Shown one piece after another: positions 27,555 to 36,956 of a DNA stretch of 64,000 nucleotides; within the stretch, counting starts at the first letter, position 1, and each line of letters starts with the position of its first letter. The notes below the pieces were generated by a model. The model saw only the letters and a list, made by a program, of their open reading frames with translations, searched no databases and had not been told where the DNA came from. Source of the stretch: Candidatus Eiseniibacteriota bacterium (GTDB lineage: Bacteria; Eisenbacteria; RBG-16-71-46; CAIMUX01; VGJL01); NCBI GenBank assembly GCA_963792585.1, contig CAWBWI010000003.1, positions 934,299 through 998,298 on the forward strand, written 5' to 3'. Made by a program: the position numbers and the translations under genes.

Positions 27555-27787
27555 CGCATCTCTCCTCGGAGATCACTCTTCTGCAATCGTGGGTCGAGAG
27601 TATCGGCGAAGCGTGAGAGCCGACGGGAATCGATGCAAAGCAGCCCTCGAATCTCGCAACCCGTCAGCTCCACGCCCCTCTCGACGAGTTCATGGAGAAC
27701 AGCACTCGGTTCCTGTGCGAAGCGGCGTCGCAACGCCTCGTCCGTCGCCAGCAATCCGATCACGCGCTCCACGTTCGTCTGGCTCAT
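27551..27787 (-). CDS. small (78 aa) NHLP/Nif11-clan-like helical protein, function unknown
   Basis: MSQTNVERVIGLLATDEALRRRFAQEPSAVLHELVERGVELTGCEIRGLL..SRFADTLDPRL. AAGGAGAGGGG precedes the ATG at 27787. The stop overlaps the TolC start (ATGA at 27551-27554). Confidence 0.55.
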   Translation of the reverse strand: MSQTNVERVIGLLATDEALRRRFAQEPSAVLHELVERGVELTGCEIRGLLCIDSRRLSRFADTLDPRLQKSDLRGEMR

Positions 27788-27858
27788 GGCCCCCTCTCCT
27801 TGCTCCTTCCTATCGATTTGTTGATTGCGCGCGCGCACGCCCGCCGGGGACGCCGCGC

Positions 27859-28503
27859 CTAGAACCGGTAGGCGAGACCGATCGTCCCGCGCTCCATCCA
27901 GATCTTGTCGGCAGTTCCGTCGACGGACAGGCCGGCCGCATCTTCGGCCGGAAACGCCACGAGCTCACGGAAGTCCGCCCGCAACGACCACGGGCCGCTC
28001 ACCGCATAGGTCACACCGGCCCCGAAGTTGAGGGCGAACGCCGTCTCCGACGACTTGATCTGCGGAAGACGATCGGCATCGGTGTTGGACAGGAAGGTGA
28101 CAGCTCCCGCGCCGCCCGTCAGATATGGCCGCACGGGCCCGTTCGCCGATGGCCATGTGGCCCGGAGGTTCGCCTGGTAGGCCAGGATGTCCGGCGTCTT
28201 CACGTCCAAGTTCGAATCCGATCCGACATCTATGCTCTGCTTGATCGGGACGACCCAGGTGAATTCACCCTCCGCCGCGAAGATCGACGTGAGGTGGTAG
28301 GTCAGCGCCGCAGTTACCGGGATGTTCACGAGATTGTCAGCGAGGGCGGTGTCGTTCTTGTTGAGGGCCTGAACTCCTCCCTGGAGTGAGTACTCGAGAC
28401 CCGATCCCGGGCCGTATCCCTGCGCGAAGGCGGTGAACGGCGTTCCCTGCGTGAGAATGACAAGCGCCCCTGCGAGTATCGCGAAAGCTTTCATGGACTT
28501 CAT
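27859..28503 (-). CDS. outer membrane beta-barrel protein (OmpW/OmpA-barrel-like)
   Basis: MKSMKAFAILAGALVILTQG signal, alternating beta-strand pattern, C-terminal ..IGLAYRF. AAGGAGGG before the ATG at 28503. Confidence 0.7.
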   Translation of the reverse strand: MKSMKAFAILAGALVILTQGTPFTAFAQGYGPGSGLEYSLQGGVQALNKNDTALADNLVNIPVTAALTYHLTSIFAAEGEFTWVVPIKQSIDVGSDSNLDVKTPDILAYQANLRATWPSANGPVRPYLTGGAGAVTFLSNTDADRLPQIKSSETAFALNFGAGVTYAVSGPWSLRADFRELVAFPAEDAAGLSVDGTADKIWMERGTIGLAYRF

Positions 28504-28622
28504 GACTTCCCTCCTTGAAGGAGGAGGAACCATGCGAGTGTCGATTCGGTCGGTGCCGGTCGCCGAGCGCGCCGGAGATCCTTCCCTGGATGCATGGCCC
28601 TCTCCTCTCGTCCAAAGCTCTA

Positions 28623-28638
28623 TACAAGAGGGATGCCA
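28623..28638 (-). promoter_or_regulatory. sigma-54-like -24/-12 element (TGGCAT-N5-TTGTA), candidate only
   Basis: The minus strand reads cTGGCATCCCTCTTGTAt, 120 nt upstream of the barrel gene start. The canonical GC at -12 is GT here. Confidence 0.3.
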
Positions 28639-28849
28639 GTCCGAGGACTTCGGTGCATTGCGCTCGTGAGTTCGTGCGCCTTCAGCAGTTGCGGGACGCG
28701 TGGCGCTGGGGATGGCGGGCAGGGGATGGCGGCCGGACTGCGGAGAAATCGACAGGTTGTCGCTTTACCCGCGGTTCTGTCGCGGCGAGTCCAGCGCACG
28801 ACGCATCGTCGCGTTTCGGCGAGCCCCGGCATGAACCGCTGAACGCCGC

Positions 28850-31036
28850 TTATTGAATGCTGTATTTCTCGAGGCGGGAATAGAGCTGCGCGCGGCTCAG
28901 GCCGAGCAGCCGTGCGGCCCTCGACTTGTTTCCCTTGGCTTGCTGGAGAGCCTTCTCGACGAAACCCCGTTCGACGGCATCGAGATCGATGCCTCTTGCG
29001 GGTAACGGAGCCTGTGCGTCGATGAGACCACCCGCGCCGGCATCGGCGGATGCCACCACATCTCCCCGCACCACGGCCGCGGGAAGGTGCTCCCGCGTGA
29101 TCAGGCCGCCGTCGCATAGGAGGATGGCGCGCTCGATCGCGTTTCGCAGCTCACGGGCATTCCCCGGCCACGGGTGCGCCACGAGCCAGCCGCGCGCGTC
29201 CTTTGAGATGCCCGCGGCGGGGCGGCCCATCGTCCGCCCCAGATCTTCGAGGAACACCTCCGCCATGGGGAGGATGTCTTCCGGTCGCTCGCGAAGGGGC
29301 GGGATGCGGATCTGGAACACATTCAAGCGGTAGTAGAGGTCCTCGCGAAACGCCTGCATCGCAATTGCCGCGACGAGATCGCGATTCGTCGCCGCGATGA
29401 TCCGGACATCCGCCCGGAGCGTGCGCGTGCCGCCGAGTCGCTGGAACTCCCGCTCCTGCAGCACGCGGAGGATCTTCGCCTGAACGAACTGGCTCATCTC
29501 GCCGATTTCGTCCAGGAACAGCGTCCCTCCCGCGGCCTGCTCGAGCCGCCCGATCTTCGTGGTGATCGCGCCCGTGAAGGCGCCCTTCTCGTGGCCGAAG
29601 AGCTCCGACTCCAGGAGGTGCTCGGGAAGAGCCGCGCAGTTGATCGCGACGAACGGCTTCGCCGCCCGGGGCGAGCCCTGATGGATCAAGTGGGCAAGGA
29701 CCTCCTTGCCGGTGCCGGATTCCCCCACGATCAGCGCGGTCGTCTCGGACGGCGCCACGCGGCCGACCTGCAGGAGGGCTTCCTTCCAGGGACCGGACAC
29801 GCCGACGACACGGCCTCTCCCGCGCGTCTCCATTTCGCGCGTCAGCGTCTCGACGGTGGCGGCGAGCCTCTCCGCCCGCTCGCGGGCCTCCGTCGCGGTC
29901 CGGGCCTCTTCGGAGAGTCTGTGGTGGGAGAGCATCAGCGCGACGCGATCGGCGAGCCGGCTCGCCACCTCCACGTCATCGCGATCGTATCGGGAAGGCT
30001 CGCGGTGGAGGAACCCGAGGCCCCCGCTAACCTTGTCCGATAGGCGCACGGGGACGCGCAGCCATGATCGCATTCCCGACTCGGCGAGGAGGTGCTCCTT
30101 CTCCGTCTCGGGTGAGAGCTCGGCGGGGATGTCCCGCATGATCTCGAAGTCGCGGGCCCGATGCTCCGCCTCCTCTTCCGTGAGGGGGATCGGTTCGGTC
30201 GGGGGCGCGACATCGGCACGGCCGGCAACCGCGATCACACGAATCGATCGCGCGTGCAGTTCCAGCTCTGTCAGGACCATCACGTCATGATCCAGCACCG
30301 GCTGGATCCCCTCGGAAATCCGCTCGAACACCTCACGGACATCCAGCGACTCGGCCATCGTCCCGAACAGCGTCTCGATCCGATCGAGCCGCGCCTGCCG
30401 CCGCCTGTCGGCGTCCCAGATCCGCCAGTGCTCCACCGCAGAACCAAGAATGGCGGCGATCGGCCGCATCACCTGCTGGTGCTCGTCCGTGAAGGCGTGC
30501 CGCGCGTAGGCGCTGAGCCAGACTCCGCCGCTGAACGGCTCCGTCGCCCGAAACGGTTCCCAGAGCGCGGATCGGGCGCCCCCCTGAAGCATCTGCGCGT
30601 CCCCCGGGAACGTCGGATCCAGCTCGATCTCCGCATCGCCGACCCGCTGGATGGCTCCGGCACGCGGTCGCATGCGTGGCGACCAGATCGATAGCGGACA
30701 CGGACCCGAGCAACCGGTCGCCTTTTCCCCGGGGCATTCATCCAGCGTGGTCGCGTGCATGACCGTCCACTGGCCCTCCAGAATGCGGATCACCCCCATG
30801 TGATCGACCGGGATGAGTTCGCGGACGGACGTTGCGATGCGCTCGAAGACATCCTGTAGCTCGAGTGTCTCCGACGCGGTCGTCGCGATGTCCGCAAGCA
30901 CGCGGGCTACGGCCTCCGGATGGATGAACGGAGGCCGGAGCTGCGTGGCCGTGTCGACCGCCTCGGCGGTCTTTTGCGGGCTCGAAGGGGTCATGATATT
31001 CACGTTAACAGATGGCACCTTGATTGTCTGCGTCAC
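28850..31036 (-). CDS. sigma-54-dependent transcriptional activator with a long N-terminal sensory region (GAF-like, FhlA-type layout)
   Basis: GESGTGKEV Walker A, GAFTGA sigma-54 contact loop, C-terminal Fis-type [27 protein letters not shown] ~390-aa sensory N-terminus precedes the AAA+ module. Confidence 0.9.
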   Translation of the reverse strand: MTQTIKVPSVNVNIMTPSSPQKTAEAVDTATQLRPPFIHPEAVARVLADIATTASETLELQDVFERIATSVRELIPVDHMGVIRILEGQWTVMHATTLDECPGEKATGCSGPCPLSIWSPRMRPRAGAIQRVGDAEIELDPTFPGDAQMLQGGARSALWEPFRATEPFSGGVWLSAYARHAFTDEHQQVMRPIAAILGSAVEHWRIWDADRRRQARLDRIETLFGTMAESLDVREVFERISEGIQPVLDHDVMVLTELELHARSIRVIAVAGRADVAPPTEPIPLTEEEAEHRARDFEIMRDIPAELSPETEKEHLLAESGMRSWLRVPVRLSDKVSGGLGFLHREPSRYDRDDVEVASRLADRVALMLSHHRLSEEARTATEARERAERLAATVETLTREMETRGRGRVVGVSGPWKEALLQVGRVAPSETTALIVGESGTGKEVLAHLIHQGSPRAAKPFVAINCAALPEHLLESELFGHEKGAFTGAITTKIGRLEQAAGGTLFLDEIGEMSQFVQAKILRVLQEREFQRLGGTRTLRADVRIIAATNRDLVAAIAMQAFREDLYYRLNVFQIRIPPLRERPEDILPMAEVFLEDLGRTMGRPAAGISKDARGWLVAHPWPGNARELRNAIERAILLCDGGLITREHLPAAVVRGDVVASADAGAGGLIDAQAPLPARGIDLDAVERGFVEKALQQAKGNKSRAARLLGLSRAQLYSRLEKYSIQ
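31013..31027 (+). promoter_or_regulatory. sigma-54-like element TGGCAC-CTTGA-TTGT, candidate only
   Basis: Read directly. It lies inside the first codons of the activator gene, faces the hydrogenase operon, and sits ~460 nt from its ATG. It lacks the -12 GC. Confidence 0.2.
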
Positions 31037-31249
31037 GATGCCGTCGAGTGCGGTCCCCGCGAAGCGATCGTGTGCGCCGCGCGAGGAATCAGGCGGGGCG
31101 CAATTTCACGTCTACTAAAACAGATCGGGGGTCTGAACCACCGTTTCTGATAGTGCCTCTTCCACCCGTCGATCGAACGGCGGATGGGGACATGCGTAGA
31201 ACGGGCGCTGATGGCCGCATGCGGGGGACGATCGCACGGACCCGCCCCG

Positions 31250-31267
31250 GTGGACTTCGGCGTCCAC
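31250..31267. promoter_or_regulatory. inverted repeat GTGGAC-N6-GTCCAC (possible activator/operator site)
   Basis: Perfect 6-bp arms in the activator/hydrogenase intergenic region. Confidence 0.3.
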
Positions 31268-31343
31268 GGAGCGAAATTCAGTACCGCCGGTGGAGAAACC
31301 CGGTCCCGCATCTCGGACGGGGCAAATTGCTGGTCCGCGATCC

Positions 31344-31365
31344 TGTGGCTTTTTTCATCAAGCCA
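31344..31365. promoter_or_regulatory. inverted repeat GTGGCTT-N8-AAGCCAC (possible activator/operator site)
   Basis: Perfect 7-bp arms around a T-rich spacer, 110 nt upstream of the hydrogenase small-subunit ATG. Confidence 0.3.
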
Positions 31366-31420
31366 CATTGCTCCGGACCCGACCAATTCTAACGGATCCA
31401 GCAGGATCGAACTGCCCATG

Positions 31421-31435
31421 GGGGATACGGATAGC
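31421..31435 (+). promoter_or_regulatory. weak sigma-54-like element GGGGAT-ACGGA-TAGC with correct GG/GC spacing
   Basis: GG at 31422-31423 and GC at 31434-31435, 41 nt before the ATG at 31476 and downstream of both inverted repeats. Poor match outside GG/GC. Confidence 0.2.
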
Positions 31436-31475
31436 CGAAAAGGGACGCTTTGAATTCTCTGTGAGGGCTTCGCAA

Positions 31476-32486
31476 ATGGCTGAAAAACCGAAGCTTGCGA
31501 TCTACTGGGCTTCCTCCTGCGGGGGGTGCGAGATCGCGGTGGCGAATCTCCACGAGAGGCTCCTCGACGTGGTGAGCTTCTTCGACTTCGTCTTCTGCCC
31601 CTGTCTCCTGGACACGAAGCGGCAGGACGTCGAAGCAATGCCGGACGGGAGTATCGCCGTCACGCTCTTCAATGGGGCCATCCGTACGGAAGACAACGCC
31701 GAGATGGCTCACCTGATGCGTCGCAAGTCGCAGCTCCTGATCGCGTATGGAGCCTGTGCCCATGGCGGCGGAATCCCCGCGCTGTCGAACCTGCACTCTC
31801 GTTCCGACCACATGGAAACGATCTATCTCAAAGGGCCCACGCTCGACAATCCGGATGGAGTTCTCCCGCGAGAGAGAGTCCAGGTGCCGGAAGGGGATCT
31901 CACCCTTCCCCGCTTCTTCGATGAGGTGATGTCCCTGTCCCAGGTCGTGCCGGTCGACTACTACATCCCGGGTTGCCCGCCCGCCACCGAGCAGGTCTGG
32001 AACGTCCTGCAAGTGGTGATGCAGGGCCAGGCGCTTCCGCCGGCGGGAGCGGCGCTGGGAGCGGGAACCTCGAGCGTGTGCGACGAATGCTCAAGGAAGC
32101 GCACCGAGAAAAAGGTGTCCCACTTCAATCGGATCTGGGAGATCGTCCCCGACGCGGATCAGTGCCTGCTCGAGCAGGGGATTGCATGCATGGGCGTGGC
32201 CACGCGCAGCGGGTGCGGCGGGCAGTGCCCGGAGGTCAACATGCCCTGCATCGGTTGTTACGGCGCCCCCGAGGGTGTCTACAGCCAGGCGGGGAAGATG
32301 ATCTCCACGCTGGGTTCGATCCTCGATATCGATCCGATTCGAGACCTGCGAGGTACCGAGGAGTTGAATGCGAGCGTGGACGAGGCCGAGAGAGGGATTC
32401 CGGATATTGCCGGCTTGACCGGCAAGTTCAACCTCGCGACCGCTGTCCGGCAACATTCCACGGATAGGAGAGCGGAGGAGAAATGA
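31476..32486 (+). CDS. mvhG: [NiFe]-hydrogenase small subunit (group 3, MvhG-like)
   Basis: MAEKPKLAIYWASSCGGCEIA.., YIPGCPP, and distal Cys clusters (CDEC.., CMGVATRSGCGGQCP, PCIGC). The first 62 codons of the track ORF are upstream read-through. Confidence 0.85.
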   Translation: MAEKPKLAIYWASSCGGCEIAVANLHERLLDVVSFFDFVFCPCLLDTKRQDVEAMPDGSIAVTLFNGAIRTEDNAEMAHLMRRKSQLLIAYGACAHGGGIPALSNLHSRSDHMETIYLKGPTLDNPDGVLPRERVQVPEGDLTLPRFFDEVMSLSQVVPVDYYIPGCPPATEQVWNVLQVVMQGQALPPAGAALGAGTSSVCDECSRKRTEKKVSHFNRIWEIVPDADQCLLEQGIACMGVATRSGCGGQCPEVNMPCIGCYGAPEGVYSQAGKMISTLGSILDIDPIRDLRGTEELNASVDEAERGIPDIAGLTGKFNLATAVRQHSTDRRAEEK

Positions 32487-34048
32487 GCATCGCGAAGGAC
32501 TTGAAAGAATCGGCGCCCCTGCCGCAGGTCCAGTCGGAGCCGGATCGGAAGACCGCCCGCAAGCGAGTGACGATCGACCCGATCACGCGTCTGGAAGGCC
32601 ATGGGCGCATCGAGATCTTCCTGAACGATGAAGGCAAGGTCGAGAACGTCTACTTCCAGGTGCCGGAGTTGCGCGGCTTCGAGCAGTTTCTCGTGGGACG
32701 GCCGGTGGAGGACATGCCCGTCATCACGAACCGCATCTGTGGCGTCTGTCCCGAGGCGCACCACCTGGCTGCCACGAAGGCACTGGACGACCTGTTCATG
32801 GTCGAGCCGCCTCCCGCCGCCCGGAAGATCCGGGAGCTGTTCTACAGCGCCTTCTATGTGACGGACCACACGACGCACTTCTACGTCCTTGGCGGCCCCG
32901 ACTTCATCGTGGGACCGGAAGCCCCTCCCTCCGAACGGAACATCGTGGGCGTCATCAACAAGGTGGGAATGGAGGCGGCGAAGCAGGTCATCGCATGCCG
33001 CTCGAGGAACCACGCGATCATCCGCAAACTTGGGGGCCGGGAGATCCACCCCACCGCCGGACTTCCCGGGGGGTGGAGCAAGCCGGTATCGGAGGAACTG
33101 CGTCGAGAGATCGAGGCGGCGGCGATCGAGAATCTGGACTTCGCGCAATTCACCCTGCAGGCCTTCGACGATCTCGTGCTGAAGAACTCCGCCTATCTGG
33201 AGATGATCTTATCCGACGTCTACCTGCACAGGACCTACTCCATGGGGACGGTGGATGCGGACAACAGGGCGAACTTCTACGACGGCCTCATTCGTGTCGT
33301 CGATCCGGACGGTCAGGAGATCCTCAAGTACCCGTGCCGCGAGTATCCTGATCACATCGCCGAGCGCGTGGAGCCTTGGACTTACCTCAAGTTCCCCTAC
33401 CTGAAGAAAGTGGGATGGCGGGGCTTCGTGGACGGCAAGGAGAGCGGGGTCTACTGCGCGACTCCGCTGTCGCGGCTCAATGTTTCCGATAGTCTCGCCA
33501 CCCCGAGAGCCAACGAGCACTTCGAGAAGTTCTACACGACCTTCGGCGCGAAGAGGGTCGACGGACGGTATCAGCCCGTTCACCATCGCCTGGCGACTCA
33601 CTGGGCGCGCCTCATCGAGCTGCTGTATGCCGCGGAGAGAATGGTGGAGTTGTCCCGCGACCCCGAGATCACTTCCCCGGATGTCCGGCGCATTCCGAGC
33701 GGGAAGATCAATCCTCTCGGAGGTATCGGATCCGTCGAGGCGCCGCGCGGAACCCTCACGCACCACTATGAAGCCGATGAACGGGGCCTCGTTACCCGGG
33801 CCAATCTCGTCGTCGGAACGACGAACAACTACGCCCCCATCACGATGTCGTTGAAGAAGGCGGCGGAGTCGCTCATCACCGGAAAAACGCCCATCGGAGA
33901 GGGCCTTCTCAACAAGATCGAGATGGCGTTCCGGCTCTACGATCCCTGCTTCTCATGCGCGACGCACTCCTTGCCCGGCGAGATGTCTCTGAAGGTCAAG
34001 ATCAGGGACGCGCGGGGCGCGATCGTACAGACTCTGCAGAGGGACTGA
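32483..34048 (+). CDS. mvhA: [NiFe]-hydrogenase large subunit (group 3, MvhA-like)
   Basis: ITRLEGHG, RICGVCPEAH (L1), DPCFSCATHS (L2) followed by a 26-residue tail. ATGA overlap with the small subunit. Confidence 0.9.
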   Translation: MSIAKDLKESAPLPQVQSEPDRKTARKRVTIDPITRLEGHGRIEIFLNDEGKVENVYFQVPELRGFEQFLVGRPVEDMPVITNRICGVCPEAHHLAATKALDDLFMVEPPPAARKIRELFYSAFYVTDHTTHFYVLGGPDFIVGPEAPPSERNIVGVINKVGMEAAKQVIACRSRNHAIIRKLGGREIHPTAGLPGGWSKPVSEELRREIEAAAIENLDFAQFTLQAFDDLVLKNSAYLEMILSDVYLHRTYSMGTVDADNRANFYDGLIRVVDPDGQEILKYPCREYPDHIAERVEPWTYLKFPYLKKVGWRGFVDGKESGVYCATPLSRLNVSDSLATPRANEHFEKFYTTFGAKRVDGRYQPVHHRLATHWARLIELLYAAERMVELSRDPEITSPDVRRIPSGKINPLGGIGSVEAPRGTLTHHYEADERGLVTRANLVVGTTNNYAPITMSLKKAAESLITGKTPIGEGLLNKIEMAFRLYDPCFSCATHSLPGEMSLKVKIRDARGAIVQTLQRD

Positions 34049-34052
34049 TCCG

Positions 34053-34529
34053 GTGCGCACGATCGTGATCGGGCTGGGGAATCCGGTGCGGGCCGACGAC
34101 GGCGTGGGACTCGCGGTGGCCCGGCTCCTCCGGGAGCGCCTGGAAGGTGTCGATGACATCGATGTGACGGAGCTCTGGGCCGGCGGACTGCGCCTGGCCG
34201 AGGCGATGTCCGGCTACGATCGGGCGATCGTGATCGACGCGCTCTGTACGGGAGACAAGAGGCCCGGTTCGGTCTGCCGGTTGGATCTCTCGGATCTGGG
34301 AAGCGCGCGCACGACGACATGCGTTCACGACACCTCCCTCCCCACGGCCATCGAGGTCTGGCGCCGGCTGGGTGCCCCCCTGCCGGAAGAGATCTCCGTC
34401 TGGGGAATCGAGGTCGAGAGCGTGGACGTGGTCAGCGAGCAGTTCACGGAACCCGTGGCCCAGGCGGTTCCACGGGCGGCCGAAGCCATTTTGGATCAAC
34501 TGAATCAGCACGGAGGGCGGGTCGCATGA
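34053..34529 (+). CDS. hydrogenase maturation endopeptidase
   Basis: MRTIVIGLGNPVRADDGVGLAV.. and ..AIVIDAL, 158 aa, placed directly after the large subunit. Confidence 0.85.
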   Translation: MRTIVIGLGNPVRADDGVGLAVARLLRERLEGVDDIDVTELWAGGLRLAEAMSGYDRAIVIDALCTGDKRPGSVCRLDLSDLGSARTTTCVHDTSLPTAIEVWRRLGAPLPEEISVWGIEVESVDVVSEQFTEPVAQAVPRAAEAILDQLNQHGGRVA

Positions 34530-36475
34530 AGGTCGGCGTCTACTTTTGCCGATGTGGCGGGATCGTCTCGGACAAGATCGACTTCGACGAGTTGGCGCGA
34601 CGGGTCCATGACAGCGATTGCGTCGCCTACGTGAAATCCGTGGATCTCGGATGCGACGAAAGCGGCAAGGCGTTCCTTGTCCAGGATCTTCGCGAAAACC
34701 AGCCGGATCGAGTCGTCATCGTCGCCTGCACCCCCAGGGAGCACGAAGGGACGTTCCGCGGCATTCTCGCCGAGGCGGGAATCAATCCATTCCTCATGCA
34801 GATGGTCAACGCCCGCGAGCAGGTCGCGTGGGTGACGGATGACGCTCACGAGGCGACCGAGAAGACGATTCGTTACGTGCGCGCCGCCGCGGCACGGGTC
34901 GTGCATCAGGAGCCCCTGGAGACTCCGGAGGTGGACGTCTGCACCGACACGCTCGTGATCGGGGGCGGGCCCGCCGGATTGAAGGCGGCGCTGACTCTGG
35001 CTGAGGCGGGCCGCCGGGTGATCCTCGTCGAGAAGGGTCCCATCCTGGGCGGGATGCCCGTCCGATACGATGAGATCTTTCCCCGGATGGAGTGCGGGCC
35101 CTGCGTCCTCGAGCCGTTCATGGCGGAGGTTCTGCATGGACCCCACGCGAGCAACATCGAGATCCTGCTTCAGTCCGAGGTCGTCGAGGCCGCCGGATCC
35201 TTCGGAGACTTTCGCGTGAAGATCCGCAAGAATCCGCGCTACGTGGATCTGCGAACCTGCATCGGTTGCGCCGAGTGCATCGGGGCCTGCCCCTCCTCGG
35301 CGAAGAATCCCGTCAACTGCGGAATGGACGAGCGCAAGGCGATCGACTTCGTCTTCTTCGGCGGCCTGCCGAACGCGCCCTATCTCGACCCTGTCGCCTG
35401 CCGGCGCTCGGGCGGGGAGGAGTGCACGAGTTGTCGGGAGGCGTGTCCGGTGGAGGGGGCGATTCGCTACGACGATCGCGAGGAGATCCTGGAAAGGCAA
35501 GTGGGAGCGGTCCTTCTTGCGACGGGAGGCGGTCTCTACGACACCGCGAACATGCCCGAGCTCGGGCACGGATCTCTTCCCTCCGTCGTGACGAGCCTGG
35601 AGTTCGAGAGAATCCTGGCGACCAACGGGCCGACCGGCGGCGCTATCCAGCGAGCGGACGGCGGCGCCCCCAGCCGGTTCGCGGTCGTGCACTGCGCGGG
35701 CAGCCTGGACGCGAGCCACCGGCAGTATTGCTCCGGGGTCTGCTGCCTCGACGCCTTCAAGTTCAATGTCCTCATCTCTCACAACCTGCCGGATGCTCGG
35801 GTCACGCACTACTACAAAACCTTCGCCGTCGCCGGCAAGGAGGAGTACGAGCTGTTCGGCAGAGTCAAGGCGGGCAAACAAACCGAGTTCGTTGCCTACC
35901 AGGATCTCCGCGATCTTTCCATCCAAGCGGGCAAGGACGGGTGCGCGACGATACAGACGGGAGGCGAGAGCAAGACCTTCGACCAGGTCATCCTGATGAC
36001 CGCGCTCGTGCCCGGTTCCGACACCAAACCCCTGGCGCGCGTGTTCGACGTCGGCCTGGATCGACAGGGCTACTTCGAGGAGTTGCACGGCCGGGTCGAT
36101 GCGACCAGAAGCAAAGTGCGGGGAATCTACCTGGCCGGCACCTGCCAAGGCCCGATGGATCTGGGAAGGGCCATGACGCAGGGGGCCTCCGCCGCCGGCG
36201 CGATCCTCGCCGCCCTCGTTCCAGGGAGGAAGCTCACCCTCGAGGCCATCCACGCCGAGGTGGACCAGGACCGCTGCTCCGCCTGCAAGTGCTGTCTGTC
36301 CATCTGTCCGTACAAGGCCATTTCGTTCGATGCCGAGAAGGACGCGACGGAGGTGGATCCGATCCTCTGCGTGGGATGCGGCACATGTGTGGCCGCGTGT
36401 CCTTCCGGGGCGATTCAGGGCAAGCATTTCACGAACGACCAGATCTTCGCCGAGATCGAGGGAGCACTCGCATGA
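34526..36475 (+). CDS. hdrA: HdrA-like FAD/Fe-S oxidoreductase
   Basis: DTLVIGGGPAGLKAALTLAEAG. Three CxxCxxCxxxCP motifs (CIGCAECIGACP, CSACKCCLSICP, CVGCGTCVAACP). Cys-rich N-terminal domain (YFCRCGG). ATGA overlaps at both ends. Confidence 0.8.
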   Translation: MKVGVYFCRCGGIVSDKIDFDELARRVHDSDCVAYVKSVDLGCDESGKAFLVQDLRENQPDRVVIVACTPREHEGTFRGILAEAGINPFLMQMVNAREQVAWVTDDAHEATEKTIRYVRAAAARVVHQEPLETPEVDVCTDTLVIGGGPAGLKAALTLAEAGRRVILVEKGPILGGMPVRYDEIFPRMECGPCVLEPFMAEVLHGPHASNIEILLQSEVVEAAGSFGDFRVKIRKNPRYVDLRTCIGCAECIGACPSSAKNPVNCGMDERKAIDFVFFGGLPNAPYLDPVACRRSGGEECTSCREACPVEGAIRYDDREEILERQVGAVLLATGGGLYDTANMPELGHGSLPSVVTSLEFERILATNGPTGGAIQRADGGAPSRFAVVHCAGSLDASHRQYCSGVCCLDAFKFNVLISHNLPDARVTHYYKTFAVAGKEEYELFGRVKAGKQTEFVAYQDLRDLSIQAGKDGCATIQTGGESKTFDQVILMTALVPGSDTKPLARVFDVGLDRQGYFEELHGRVDATRSKVRGIYLAGTCQGPMDLGRAMTQGASAAGAILAALVPGRKLTLEAIHAEVDQDRCSACKCCLSICPYKAISFDAEKDATEVDPILCVGCGTCVAACPSGAIQGKHFTNDQIFAEIEGALA

Positions 36476-36930
36476 ACCCGCAGGCCGGACGCATGGAACG
36501 GGAGGAGACTCCCTTCATCGGATTCGAACCGAGAATCGTGGGATTCCTCTGCAACTGGTGCTCCTACGCCGGAGCGGACAAGGCGGGGGCCGCGCAGACC
36601 CCGTATCCGCCGAACGTCCACGTCGTCCGGATGATGTGCACCGGCCGCATGGACCCGCAGTTCGTTCTGAAGGCATTCGATGAAGGCGCGGATGGCGTGC
36701 TGATCCTCGGGTGCCATCCGGGTGACTGTCACTACAAGGAACAGAACTTTCGAATGATCCAGCGTCACCGCTTGATCTTGTCGCTCCTGGGGCAGCTCGG
36801 GATCGAGGAAGAGCGGTGCCGGCTCGATTTCGTCTCCGCGGCGGAAGGGGAGAAGTTCGCCCAGGTCGTCACGGAGATGGTAGAGACCACGCGGAGGCTT
36901 GGTCCTCTGCGGGGTCGATTGGCCGCATAG
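36472..36930 (+). CDS. mvhD: MvhD-like hydrogenase iron-sulfur subunit
   Basis: IVGFLCNWCSYAGADKAG, MMCTGRMDP, ILGCHPGDCHY. Only the last 152 codons of track ORF 35092..36930 belong to it. Confidence 0.85.
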   Translation: MNPQAGRMEREETPFIGFEPRIVGFLCNWCSYAGADKAGAAQTPYPPNVHVVRMMCTGRMDPQFVLKAFDEGADGVLILGCHPGDCHYKEQNFRMIQRHRLILSLLGQLGIEEERCRLDFVSAAEGEKFAQVVTEMVETTRRLGPLRGRLAA

Positions 36931-36956
36931 CAATGGAAAGGCGGAGGTGAACTCAG

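Noticed and set aside
27551-27787. The idea that the small NHLP-like ORF is a RiPP precursor
   Set aside because: There is no Gly-Gly or similar leader cleavage motif and no Cys/Ser/Thr-rich core. There is no maturase or C39-ABC exporter in the neighbourhood. I kept it only as an unexplained small protein.
34505-36427. 640-aa ORF on the - strand
   Set aside because: It is antisense to the HdrA-like gene, whose FAD and CxxCxxCxxxCP motifs fix the coding strand.
35092-36930. 612-aa + strand ORF. The same issue affects 15635..17272, 31290..32486, 34319..36475 and 50003..51490.
   Set aside because: Only the 3' portions are real genes (MvhD, XthA, the hydrogenase small subunit, HdrA-like and a methyltransferase). 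The 5' parts are out-of-frame read-through of the upstream gene or of intergenic DNA. The real starts are marked by RBS sites or ATGA overlaps.
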